Shown here one piece after another: positions 47,744 to 57,250 of a stretch of DNA of 64,000 nucleotides. Origin of the DNA: a candidate division WOR-3 bacterium (GTDB taxonomy: Bacteria > Hydrothermota > 32-111). The notes below the pieces were generated by a model. The model saw nothing but the letters and a program-made list of their open reading frames with translations, was not told where the DNA came from and searched no databases. The position numbers and the translations under genes are program-made. The stretch is taken from assembly GCA_037481815.1 (NCBI GenBank), contig JBBFKX010000001.1:224001-288000 (forward strand), in the 5' to 3' direction. Each line of letters opens with the position of its first letter. Within the stretch, counting starts at the first letter, position 1.

Positions 47744-50523
47744 TATTAGAAATAATTCCAAAAAATGATAGTTATGATTCACTTGGTCTTATAATAAGGA
47801 ATGAGATGAAAAAAAGACATTTTAAGATTGAAAAAGTTAGAACTTCAAACCTTTATTTTTTTGATAGGGACATAGATTTAAATTTTTTACAAGATCTCCT
47901 TGTCGATTCAATTACAGATGAAATTTATATACATCCAGATCATCCCTTTGAAAACTCATTTTTTATTGATATATACTATAAAGATAGAGTTATGGATCCT
48001 GCTGGTGAAACTCTCAAAAATTACCTTCTGAAATCATCTTTTGAAGTGGAAAATGTAAAAACGATAAGAAGGTTTTACTTTTTTGCAGAAGAAAAAGTTG
48101 ATAAAGAAAGTGTTATAAAATTTTTAAAGAACAGATATTTTAATCCTCTTGTTGAACAGGCTGGTGAGTTCAGGGAGAAGAAAAAAATCCAGAAAAAATT
48201 TCAAGATTTTGAAATAAAGTATGTTGATCTGGATTGCGATCTTGAGAAATTGTCAAAAGATATGTTTTTATCACTCAATTTAAGGGAAATGGAAGTCATA
48301 AAAGATTATTTTTACAAAAAACTCAAAAGAAAACCAACGGATGTTGAACTTGAAACTATTGCTCAAACATGGTCAGAACATTGTGTTCATAAAACTTTCA
48401 AATCACCTTTCAAATACAAAAACAAAAAGATAAAAAATCTATTCAAAGAAACGATAATGAAAGCGAGTTACAAAATAGATCATCCGGACACTGTTTCCCT
48501 TTTTTCTGATAACGCTGGTATAGTAAAATTCGATGAATACCATAATATATGTTTTAAAGTAGAAACTCACAATCATCCATCAGCACTTGAACCTTATGGT
48601 GGTGCGGGAACTGGAATCGGTGGAGTTATAAGAGATATAATTGGAACCGGTTTGTCTGCTAAACCTATAGCGAATACAGATGTTTTTTGTATCGGTATTG
48701 ATGAAGGAGAGTTGAAGGAGAATGAATCGATAATACCACCAGATGAAATTTTAAAAGGTGTTGTAGCAGGGGTGAGAGATTATGGAAACAGGATGGGTAT
48801 TCCTACTATAAATGGTGCTGTTTGTTATCACAAAAATTTTCTTGGAAATCCTCTTGTTTTTGCTGGAAGTATAGGAATAATGAAATCAAGAAACAGTTTT
48901 AAAAAGGTTGTTGAAAATGATTATATAGTTTTGATAGGAGGTAAAACTGGGAGAGATGGAATACATGGAGCAACTTTCTCCTCAACATCTCTTACTGAGG
49001 ATTCTCAGGAGTTATCAAGTGGTGCTGTGCAAATAGGCAATCCAATAGAAGAAAAGAAGATGCTTGATGCTATAATGGAAATGGATGGACTTTTCAATGC
49101 TATAACCGATTGTGGAGCAGGTGGACTATCTTCTGCTGTTGGAGAGATGGGAGAAGAAACAGGGGCGGTTGTTTACCTTGATAAAGTGCCATTAAAATAT
49201 GAAGGATTATCATATAGTGAAATCTGGATCTCTGAAAGTCAGGAGAGAATGGTTCTTTCAGTACCACCAAAAAATTTTGAGAGGATAAAAGAGATTGCTG
49301 AAAAATATAACACTGAGGTTTCACATATAGGTTATTTTAAAGGCAAAAAACTTGAACTTTATTTTTATGATAAACTTGTTCTCTCCCTTGATATGGACTT
49401 TTTGCATAAAGGTGTTCCTTTGTTTGAAAAAAAAGCTTTACCTTATATAAATTTCAAAGAGTCAAAAAGAAAAGAAAAATATAAATTTTCTATCGATGAT
49501 GCTGTTGAAAAGGTTCTTTCGTCAAAAGATGTTAAATCAAAGGAATGGATCGTCAGACAGTATGATCACGAGGTTCAATCACAAACATTGATAAAACCAC
49601 TTGGTGGTAAAAAACATAATTCACCAAACGATTCATCAGTTTTGTACCCATTATTTTCAAAAGAAAAATGTATAGTGGTTGGTTGTGGAATCAATCCAAG
49701 ATATGGAGAATTGAATGTCAAAAAGATGACATACTCTGTTATAGATGAAAGTATAAGGAATGTACTTTCGCAGGGCGGAGATCTTGATCATACATTTTTA
49801 CTTGATAATTTTTGTTTCGGTGATGTTACAAATCCTCATACTCTTGGGGCGATAGTCGAATCAACATTCGCCTGTTATGATTATACTTTGAGATTAAAAA
49901 CTCCTTTCATATCAGGCAAAGATTCCCTGAACAATTATTTCATAATGAAAGATAAAAAGATAGAAATCCCTCCAACTCTTTTGATCTCCGCATTATCAGT
50001 TTCAGATGTTGATAATATAAAAAGTTCATATTTTAAAATGACATCAAAACCTTCTTCAATTTTAATTTTAGGAAAGGAGACAAAGGAAGAGTTGGCAGGT
50101 TCAATTCTTTATACCGAATTTAAAATAAGAAATGGTTTTGTTCCTGATATAGATATTGTTGAGTCAACAAAAATACACAGGAATTTTAACGAGATCACTA
50201 AAAAAAGGATGATAATTTCTGCACATGATATTTCAGATGGTGGCATTTTTGTTACACTTTTTGAAAGTTGTATCGGGAACGATCTTGGCTGTGAGATAGA
50301 AATAAAAAGTAAACTTGATCCAATCGATTTTCTTTTTTCTGAAACCCAAACAAGATATGTTGTACAGGTTTACGATGATGATATCGAATATATTGAAAAA
50401 ATAATGGGCAAAAAATATGTAACAATTTTAGGTAAAGTTCTTGAAAAACCTTTAATAAAAATAAAATACAACACTAAAACTTATAAATTCGAAACAAAAA
50501 AACTTATGAAACTTTACAGGTGA
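47740..50523 (+). CDS. purL: Phosphoribosylformylglycinamidine synthase PurL with N-terminal PurS-like domains
   Basis: WSEHC.HK, ETHNHPS, DCGAGG, SESQERM, QYDHEV, GKDS, HDISDGG. Confidence 0.93.
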   Translation: MILEIIPKNDSYDSLGLIIRNEMKKRHFKIEKVRTSNLYFFDRDIDLNFLQDLLVDSITDEIYIHPDHPFENSFFIDIYYKDRVMDPAGETLKNYLLKSSFEVENVKTIRRFYFFAEEKVDKESVIKFLKNRYFNPLVEQAGEFREKKKIQKKFQDFEIKYVDLDCDLEKLSKDMFLSLNLREMEVIKDYFYKKLKRKPTDVELETIAQTWSEHCVHKTFKSPFKYKNKKIKNLFKETIMKASYKIDHPDTVSLFSDNAGIVKFDEYHNICFKVETHNHPSALEPYGGAGTGIGGVIRDIIGTGLSAKPIANTDVFCIGIDEGELKENESIIPPDEILKGVVAGVRDYGNRMGIPTINGAVCYHKNFLGNPLVFAGSIGIMKSRNSFKKVVENDYIVLIGGKTGRDGIHGATFSSTSLTEDSQELSSGAVQIGNPIEEKKMLDAIMEMDGLFNAITDCGAGGLSSAVGEMGEETGAVVYLDKVPLKYEGLSYSEIWISESQERMVLSVPPKNFERIKEIAEKYNTEVSHIGYFKGKKLELYFYDKLVLSLDMDFLHKGVPLFEKKALPYINFKESKRKEKYKFSIDDAVEKVLSSKDVKSKEWIVRQYDHEVQSQTLIKPLGGKKHNSPNDSSVLYPLFSKEKCIVVGCGINPRYGELNVKKMTYSVIDESIRNVLSQGGDLDHTFLLDNFCFGDVTNPHTLGAIVESTFACYDYTLRLKTPFISGKDSLNNYFIMKDKKIEIPPTLLISALSVSDVDNIKSSYFKMTSKPSSILILGKETKEELAGSILYTEFKIRNGFVPDIDIVESTKIHRNFNEITKKRMIISAHDISDGGIFVTLFESCIGNDLGCEIEIKSKLDPIDFLFSETQTRYVVQVYDDDIEYIEKIMGKKYVTILGKVLEKPLIKIKYNTKTYKFETKKLMKLYR

Positions 50524-50527
50524 TATT

Positions 50528-51289
50528 ATGAACAAATTTTTATCTCTCGTTATAAAAGCCGATGGAACCAACTGTGAGTTGGAAACATCTTTTATCCTTA
50601 AAAATGTTGGATTTAAAAATGAAATTTTAACAGTCGGTGAATTGATACAGGATCCTGATATAATAAAAAAATTCTCATTCATAGTTTTCCCCGGTGGTTT
50701 TTCTTATGGAGATTATACTGGAAGTGGTAGAATCGTTTCTTCAATAATAAAACATCACCTGTTTGAAAATTTTAAAAAACATGTTGAAGATGGAAAACTC
50801 ATTCTTGGTATCTGTAACGGATTTCAGATTCTTGTTAAATCTGGTCTTTTACCAAACACTCATGGTAAATGGGAGCAGGAGGTTAGTTTAATATTTAACG
50901 ATTCTTTCCATTATGAAGATCGCTGGGTAAAACTTCTTGTAAACAAGAATACTATTTACACAAAAAATCTTCCAGATTATATTTATCTTCCCGTTGCACA
51001 CGGGGAAGGGAAATTCATTCATAGTTTTGAAAAAGATATGATAGAAAAACTTGGGGTTTTCTTTTATGTTGATGATAAAGGTAAAAAAACCTTAAAATAT
51101 CCCGATAACCCCAATGGATCTTTCGATTCTCTAGCAGGAATAGTTGATAATTCTGGTAGAATTCTTGGAATGATGCCACATCCTGAAAGGTTCAGAGATG
51201 AAAAACAATTTTACTATGATGAAAAAAAAGACCCTTATGGTATAATAATATTTGAGAATGCTTACAGATATATAAAGGAGGAGTTATGA
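50528..51289 (+). CDS. purQ: FGAM synthase glutaminase subunit
   Basis: GTNCE, PGGFSYGD, GICNGFQ, AHGEG, MMPHPER. Confidence 0.95.
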   Translation: MNKFLSLVIKADGTNCELETSFILKNVGFKNEILTVGELIQDPDIIKKFSFIVFPGGFSYGDYTGSGRIVSSIIKHHLFENFKKHVEDGKLILGICNGFQILVKSGLLPNTHGKWEQEVSLIFNDSFHYEDRWVKLLVNKNTIYTKNLPDYIYLPVAHGEGKFIHSFEKDMIEKLGVFFYVDDKGKKTLKYPDNPNGSFDSLAGIVDNSGRILGMMPHPERFRDEKQFYYDEKKDPYGIIIFENAYRYIKEEL

Positions 51290-52653
51290 AGCAATCAATA
51301 TTCAGAATGTATGATGTTCGTGGTATTGCCGAAACAGATTTAAATAGTGGTGATGTATATAAAATAGGAAAGGCGTTTGCAACGTATATAAAAAGAAGAG
51401 GTGGAAAGAAAGTTGTTGCTGGAATGGATGTGAGATTATCAAGCCCAAGGATCAAAGAAGCGTTTGTTAATGGAGTTCTTGACACAGGTCTTGATGTTAT
51501 TGATGTTGGAGTTGTGACAACACCGATGCTTTATTATTCTCAGTATTACTTTAAAAGCGATGGAGGAATAATGGTCACAGGATCCCATAATCCTATAGAA
51601 TACAATGGGCTTAAGATGGTTGATCCTGATGTTACCATATATGGAGATGTTATTCAAAATTTTTACAAGATGATCATCGAAAATGATCTTGAAAAGGGAG
51701 AAGGTAAACTCATAAAGGAAAATATTGATGAAATTTATGTAAACATGTGCGTTGAAAAAATTAAAATAAAGAAAGAGTTAAAGGTTCTTGTCGATCCGGG
51801 TAATGGAACTGCAGGTCCAATCGCAAAGAAAATTTTTGAGAGGTTGAATGTGAAGGCAGATTTCATAAATTTTGAAAGAGATGGGAATTTCCCGAATCAT
51901 CTTCCAGACCCAACCGTGATGGAGTTTATAGAAGAATTAAGAGAAAAAACTGTTAAAGGAGAATACGATGTTGGAATCGGATACGATGGAGATTGCGATC
52001 GGGTTGGGATAATCGATGAAAAAGGAGATGTGGTTTTTGGAGATCAGATCCTTGGAATCCTTGCAAAAGATATGCTTTCAAGAAACAAAGGTGAAAAGGT
52101 TATATTTGATGTAAAATGTTCCCAGGGACTTGAAGAATTGATTCTTAAAGAAGGCGGAGTTCCCATTATGCATAAAACTGGTCATTCTCTTTTGAAAAGA
52201 AAAATGAAAGAGGAAAAGGCGTTACTTGCTGGAGAAATGTCAGGGCATATGTTTTTTGCTGAAAATTATTTTGGTTTTGATGATGGGCTTTATGCATCTT
52301 TACTAATCTTAAGAATCATGTCTGAGAGGAATAAAAAAGTTTCTGAACTGAAAAATGAAATGCCATATTATATCTCAACACCTGAAATCAGAGTTGATAC
52401 AACGGATGAAGATAAATTTAAAATTGTTGATGAGATTGTAAAGTTCTATAAAGAAAAAAATTACAGAGTGGTTGATATCGATGGTGCGCGAGTTTATTTC
52501 GAAAACGGCTGGGCTCTTGTGAGGGCCTCAAACACTCAACCGATTTTAGTTGTCAGATTTGAAGCAAAAGATCAAGAGAGTATGGAGAAGATCAGAAAAA
52601 ACATTAAAGAGACACTGTCAAAATATAAATCTGTAGATATTAAAAATGTATAA
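51286..52653 (+). CDS. Phosphomannomutase/phosphoglucomutase
   Basis: YDVRG, TGSHNP, DGDCDR, GEMSGH, RASNT. Confidence 0.95.
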   Translation: MKQSIFRMYDVRGIAETDLNSGDVYKIGKAFATYIKRRGGKKVVAGMDVRLSSPRIKEAFVNGVLDTGLDVIDVGVVTTPMLYYSQYYFKSDGGIMVTGSHNPIEYNGLKMVDPDVTIYGDVIQNFYKMIIENDLEKGEGKLIKENIDEIYVNMCVEKIKIKKELKVLVDPGNGTAGPIAKKIFERLNVKADFINFERDGNFPNHLPDPTVMEFIEELREKTVKGEYDVGIGYDGDCDRVGIIDEKGDVVFGDQILGILAKDMLSRNKGEKVIFDVKCSQGLEELILKEGGVPIMHKTGHSLLKRKMKEEKALLAGEMSGHMFFAENYFGFDDGLYASLLILRIMSERNKKVSELKNEMPYYISTPEIRVDTTDEDKFKIVDEIVKFYKEKNYRVVDIDGARVYFENGWALVRASNTQPILVVRFEAKDQESMEKIRKNIKETLSKYKSVDIKNV

Positions 52654-53095
52654 GTTAATCGGTGTTATAGGTGGTTCTGTGATTGATGAACCACTTTTTC
52701 AAGAAGTGGTTAAAATAGGGGAGATACTTGCAACTTTTAAGGTTCCTGTGATATGTGGTGGGGGAACTGGTGTGATGGAAGCGATTTCAAAAGGTGTAAA
52801 GAATAAAGGTGGCACTACGATTGGAATACTTCCTTTTGAAAAGAAAAATGCAAATCCTTATATAGATATTGCAATATCAACAGGAATAGGATACGCAAGG
52901 AACTATATCATTGTCAACTCTTCTGATATTATAATAGTTATCGATGGTAAATATGGAACTTTAACTGAAATCGGTTATTCACTCCAATTTGGAAAACCGA
53001 TAATAAGTTATAGATCTGATTTCGCAAAAAATCTTGGAATTGAGGAAGCAAAAACTGTAAACGATATAAAAAAGTTTGTTGAGAAAAACCTATGA
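52646..53095 (+). CDS. TIGR00725/LOG-family Rossmann-fold protein
   Basis: CGGGTGVMEA, GILP, ARN, GTLTEI. Confidence 0.85.
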   Translation: MYKLIGVIGGSVIDEPLFQEVVKIGEILATFKVPVICGGGTGVMEAISKGVKNKGGTTIGILPFEKKNANPYIDIAISTGIGYARNYIIVNSSDIIIVIDGKYGTLTEIGYSLQFGKPIISYRSDFAKNLGIEEAKTVNDIKKFVEKNL

Positions 53096-53361
53096 AAACC
53101 TATGAAATCCTTGTAAAAGGTTATGTGCAGGGTGTCGGATTCAGATATTTTGTTCAGAGAACTGCAAAAAAAATTGGTGTTAAAGGATATGTAAAAAATC
53201 TCTATTCTGGAGATGTTTTAATAATAGCACAAGGGGAGAATTATCAACTTGAAGATTTTGTTAAAAGAGTAAAAACTGAACATCCTTATGCTGAAGTGAA
53301 AGATATGATAATAAAAGAAATAGAATCATCAGAGTATGATGATTTTTCAATCGAATATTAA
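53092..53361 (+). CDS. acyP: Acylphosphatase
   Basis: GYVQGVGFR, GYVKN. Confidence 0.93.
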   Translation: MKTYEILVKGYVQGVGFRYFVQRTAKKIGVKGYVKNLYSGDVLIIAQGENYQLEDFVKRVKTEHPYAEVKDMIIKEIESSEYDDFSIEY

Positions 53362-53371
53362 AGGAGGAATA

Positions 53372-53884
53372 ATGGAACTTAAAAGTTTTATAAGGGACAT
53401 ACCTGATTTTCCGGTGAAGGGAATAATCTTTAAAGATGTTACACCTGTTATACTTGATCCTTATGCGTTTAAATACGCTGTTGACAGAATGAGTGAACAT
53501 TTTGATTTTTCAAAAATTGATAAAATTGCAGGGATCGAATCAAGAGGCTTTATCTTCGGAATCGCTATCGCAAACAAATATAACAAAGGTTTTATACCTA
53601 TAAGAAAGAAAGGAAAATTACCTTATAAAACTTTTGAGGAAACTTATACTCTTGAATATGGAACAGCAACGATAGAGATGCATACAGATGCTGTATCAAA
53701 AGGAGAGAATATACTTCTTGTTGATGATCTACTTGCAACCGGTGGAACGATGAAAGCAGCAACAAAACTTATTGAAAAAGCAGGTGGAAATGTTGCTGGA
53801 ATATCATTTTTAATCGAACTGGATTTTTTAAATGGTAGAAAGAATCTTGAAAATTGGGAAATATCAAGTATAATTCACTTTTAA
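53372..53884 (+). CDS. apt: Adenine phosphoribosyltransferase
   Basis: IPDFP..GIIFKD, ESRGF, RKKGKLP, LEYG, VDDLLATGGT; SD aggagg before ATG 53372. Confidence 0.96.
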   Translation: MELKSFIRDIPDFPVKGIIFKDVTPVILDPYAFKYAVDRMSEHFDFSKIDKIAGIESRGFIFGIAIANKYNKGFIPIRKKGKLPYKTFEETYTLEYGTATIEMHTDAVSKGENILLVDDLLATGGTMKAATKLIEKAGGNVAGISFLIELDFLNGRKNLENWEISSIIHF

Positions 53885-53889
53885 AAAAT

Positions 53890-53962
53890 GCCCCTGTAGC
53901 TCAGTGGATAGAGCATCTGTTTCCTAAACAGAGGGCCACAAGTTCGATTCTTGTCAGGGGCA
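53890..53962 (+). tRNA. tRNA-Arg(CCT)
   Basis: Acceptor GCCCCTG/CAGGGGC+A; anticodon arm TCTGT-TTCCTAA-ACAGA; TTCGATT loop; no CCA. Confidence 0.95.
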
Positions 53963-53983
53963 CTTATAAAAAAGGAGTGGCAA

Positions 53984-54745
53984 ATGGCAATAGTTAAAAA
54001 GGTCAAAGTAAAAAAATCTGAACTCAAAAAAGATAAGTTCGTAGAAACTGTTGGAGAGTTTATAAACTGGTCAAGATCGAATTGGAGATATCTTTTTATA
54101 GGTGTTTCAGCATTTATTCTTGTTATCATCATAGCAGTTTCAATAAGATCAAGTTTTGTTTCGAAAGAAAAAAATTCATCTCTCGAATTGACAGGCGCTA
54201 TAGATATATTTGTTTCTGGTGATTTCAAACAGGCACTTGAACTGTTCATAAATATCAAACAAACATATTACGGAACAAATTCATCAAAGAAAGCAACATA
54301 TTATATCGGAATGTGTAATCTGAATCTTGGAGCAATGGATCAACAGAATTCTCAAAAATACTACAACGATGCGATTAAAAATTTGAAACAGTTTATCAAA
54401 TACAATTATGGACTCGATGAATTAAAATGTGCTGCATATATTGGCATAGCAAAGGCGTTTGAAGGATTGGTTCAAATAGATTCAGCACTCGTATACTACC
54501 AGCAAGCAATAAAAAAAGTGCCTGAAAATGCCTATACCCCTGAAGCATATCTTGGAATGGGAAGAGTTTATGAAATGAAATATGAAGTTGAAGACGCTAT
54601 AAACTGCTATGAAGAAATAATCTTTAGATTCCCGAATTCAAGTTTTGTCCAACAGGCACATGTTTATAAAAATATGCTTGAAGGTGCTGTTGATCCTTTA
54701 ACCCAACAGTACAACGAGAAGAAACAGCAGGGCAAAATTAAATAA
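53984..54745 (+). CDS. Membrane-anchored TPR protein (YfgM-like)
   Basis: Basic N-terminus ELKKDKF, one TM, TPR-like helices; SD aaggag before ATG 53984. Confidence 0.8.
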   Translation: MAIVKKVKVKKSELKKDKFVETVGEFINWSRSNWRYLFIGVSAFILVIIIAVSIRSSFVSKEKNSSLELTGAIDIFVSGDFKQALELFINIKQTYYGTNSSKKATYYIGMCNLNLGAMDQQNSQKYYNDAIKNLKQFIKYNYGLDELKCAAYIGIAKAFEGLVQIDSALVYYQQAIKKVPENAYTPEAYLGMGRVYEMKYEVEDAINCYEEIIFRFPNSSFVQQAHVYKNMLEGAVDPLTQQYNEKKQQGKIK

Positions 54746-54784
54746 AAATTTTAGATTTTTATCTCAAAATTATTAATACACATA

Positions 54785-54812
54785 ATTCCCGATAATATAT
54801 ATTATGTAAAGT
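54785..54812. other. dif-like XerCD recombination site (probable replication terminus)
   Basis: ATTCCCGATAA-TATATA-TTATGTAAAGT, an 11-6-11 layout close to B. subtilis and E. coli dif; intergenic, at the switch in gene orientation. Confidence 0.85.
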
Positions 54813-54923
54813 TGACTATGTAAAATTCAATTAAATACCTTGATTTTCTTTCTGTCAAAACATCACATAAATAATACAATTTCATATAATTGTCTTCCTC
54901 TTTTTAACTAACGGGATATCTTT

Positions 54924-55951
54924 TTAGAATTTATTTTTTTGAAATTTATTTTTTATTTCCAGAATAAAACTGTTCAAGATTCCTATTCCAAAACATATTC
55001 CCAATGAAAAAATAATGTTCACTATCAAAATACTCTTGTATGCTTCTGGTTCCTTTTTAAACAGGATTAAAATGATACCAAATATCAAAGTTAAAACCTG
55101 CTCATGGAAACCCAATATATATAGCGTACTTTTTGATACTAATTCATAAATTTTTCTTCCTAAACCAAGTTTTTCAACGATTACTGAAAGAAAAATAATC
55201 ATAACACTACCAATAAAGCCATTTATATAATAGATTATAAAGTTGTTTCCAAAAAGATTCCCAACAAGATCAACAAATCCGTTAATTTTGGTTAGATATT
55301 GATTTAATAACAAAAATACAAAAAATAAAACTATTATTTTATATATACTTAATCTTTTTAAATTAACTATAAAATTATTTTTCTTAATGATAAATCCTGA
55401 AAAATAAAATACTTGTGCTATTAAGACCTTCTCGAAACCGTAAATTAACCTTAAATGTAATATATTTGTAAAAATATAACAATAAGACCCAAAATAATTG
55501 GGATTATTAAAAGTAAAACTTGATTTTTTATTTTGGAAATATAAAAATAAAGCAATTCTATCAGAAATAAGACATACAAAAACCATAATGATATATTGTG
55601 AACAAGGTAATCGTTGTGTGATAGACCTGTTAAGGTTCCGACTATAGGTTTTAAGTATCCTATTTCAGAGACAAGTCCAATTCCATGTCTCCCCGTTACA
55701 AATACCCAGAACAGATAAGTCAAAAAACTGAAAATAAAATAAGGAATTATTAATCTTTTGAACTTTTTTATAAAGAATTCTTTGAAATTCGATTCGGTTT
55801 TAAAAAGAAATCCCGATACAATAAAAAACAAAGGCATATGGAACGAGTATATAAATGTTTTTAAATTTGGGTTAATCTCTGTATGTCCTAAAACGACCAA
55901 GAAAATTCCTAAAGATTTTGCTATATCAACAAAATTTTCTCTTTTATCCAT
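54924..55951 (-). pseudogene. Acyltransferase family 3 (OafA-like) split by one frameshift near 55480
   Basis: N-half has DIAKSLGIFLVVLGH, FHMPLFF, RLIIPY, LWFL; C-half (HLRLIYGFEK..TLYILGFH) is in another frame. Confidence 0.8.
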
Positions 55952-55960
55952 TCTTTAACT

Positions 55961-55988
55961 ATTATATATTTACTCTAAAATATTTCAA
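55961..55988 (-). promoter_or_regulatory. sigma70 promoter of acyltransferase, near-leaderless
   Basis: Minus strand TTGAAA-N16-TATAAT; ATG 9 nt later. Confidence 0.6.
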
Positions 55989-55996
55989 CACAGATC

Positions 55997-56025
55997 AAAA
56001 ATGTCAAAAAGTCAAGCACCGTCCC
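55997..56025. repeat. 29-bp direct repeat, copy 1 (REP-like)
   Basis: aaaaatgtcaaaaagtcaagcaccgtccc, identical to 57213-57241. Confidence 0.9.
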
Positions 56026-56094
56026 CAATCAAAATAAACTATTATATATTTGATAGTTATTGACATAAACAATTGTTTTGATAATATAAAATCT

Positions 56095-57168
56095 ATGAAA
56101 CTGAGAGAAAAAAAAATCTTTATCCTTTTCTTTTTAGTTCTTTTAATAAATTGTGCGCATCGTTATCAAAAATATTCTCTTGACTTGACAAAAGATGTTA
56201 GGATCCATAAAGGTAAAATCGATTGGTATTATACCTATATTTTAACTCAAAATCAGCAAAAAAAGTATGATTATTTTATAATTGTTTTTCAATATTATGA
56301 TGCTATTTCATATTTTTCAAACATCTATATCAAAGATATTTTAAAGGATACTTTCTATTATTACGAAACCAACTTTCCTGTCTATTCTGGTATGAAGAAT
56401 TTTAGAAATAATAATGATTTCGAAAACCTGAGTTTTGATATAAATTTTTATCTTAACGATTTACAATGTTCGATAAATTTTGATTACGATAACAAGGTGC
56501 TTATAAATGGAGATAGCGGATACATAATAATGGGACATATTAAAGATACAGCAGGATATTATTCCTTAATATCAAACAAAATAACAGGTTTCATAAAAAC
56601 AGATAAAGTGAATATTGATTTATCAACAGTATCTAAAAAATATGGATGGTTTGATCATCAATGGGGAAATATGAAACTTGATATTAAAAATAGATGGATA
56701 TGGAGTGGGATCTTTCTTGGTGAAGATGAATTTCTTGTTTCAGGTCATTTTAAAAATCATGAATTCAATTTTTTACAATATCACAATCTTAAAGACAAAA
56801 AATCGATAATATACAAAAACACTTTTCTTGAACCTTTAACATACAGAAAATCACTCTTATCGCGTAAAATCTACGAATATGGTTTTCTTATAAGAAGTAA
56901 AAATGATTCTATCTATCTTTTTTATGAGCCACTTTATGATGAATGCTATATACCTGGAGTAATATTTACCGGTCCGTGTAAAGTAAAGGGCTTTATTAAT
57001 GAAAACTATTATGAAGGTATTGGAACTTTTGAGATTTCTGATCCTGTTGATGATTCAACAATGTTTTATCCATATGACTTTTATAATAGTATTTTCAACA
57101 ATTCAAAAAAAGTTATCGAACAAAATATTGAAAATCGTAAAAAATCAATAAAAATTTACAAGAAATAA
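56095..57168 (+). CDS. Lipoprotein with AttH/CrtC lipocalin-like domain
   Basis: Lipobox LINC; DWYY, GYYS, GWFDHQWG, WIWSGI; start placed after TTGACA-N16-TAATAT. Confidence 0.65.
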   Translation: MKLREKKIFILFFLVLLINCAHRYQKYSLDLTKDVRIHKGKIDWYYTYILTQNQQKKYDYFIIVFQYYDAISYFSNIYIKDILKDTFYYYETNFPVYSGMKNFRNNNDFENLSFDINFYLNDLQCSINFDYDNKVLINGDSGYIIMGHIKDTAGYYSLISNKITGFIKTDKVNIDLSTVSKKYGWFDHQWGNMKLDIKNRWIWSGIFLGEDEFLVSGHFKNHEFNFLQYHNLKDKKSIIYKNTFLEPLTYRKSLLSRKIYEYGFLIRSKNDSIYLFYEPLYDECYIPGVIFTGPCKVKGFINENYYEGIGTFEISDPVDDSTMFYPYDFYNSIFNNSKKVIEQNIENRKKSIKIYKK

Positions 57169-57212
57169 AAATTTGTATGGTCTATATCTCATTTAATTTT
57201 TTATACTTACAA

Positions 57213-57241
57213 AAAAATGTCAAAAAGTCAAGCACCGTCCC
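57213..57241. repeat. 29-bp direct repeat, copy 2 (REP-like)
   Basis: Identical to 55997-56025. Confidence 0.9.
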
Positions 57242-57250
57242 TGATTCTTA

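Noticed and set aside
53951..53983. Longer start for the TPR gene
   Set aside because: It overlaps tRNA-Arg; an SD-supported ATG is at 53984
55997..57241. CRISPR array or integron attC sites
   Set aside because: Only two copies 1.2 kb apart, no spacer periodicity, no RYYYAAC...GTTRRRY palindromic structure, and no cas or intI gene
53890..57241. Island integrated at tRNA-Arg
   Set aside because: No duplicated tRNA 3' end or integrase seen; the variability is better associated with dif
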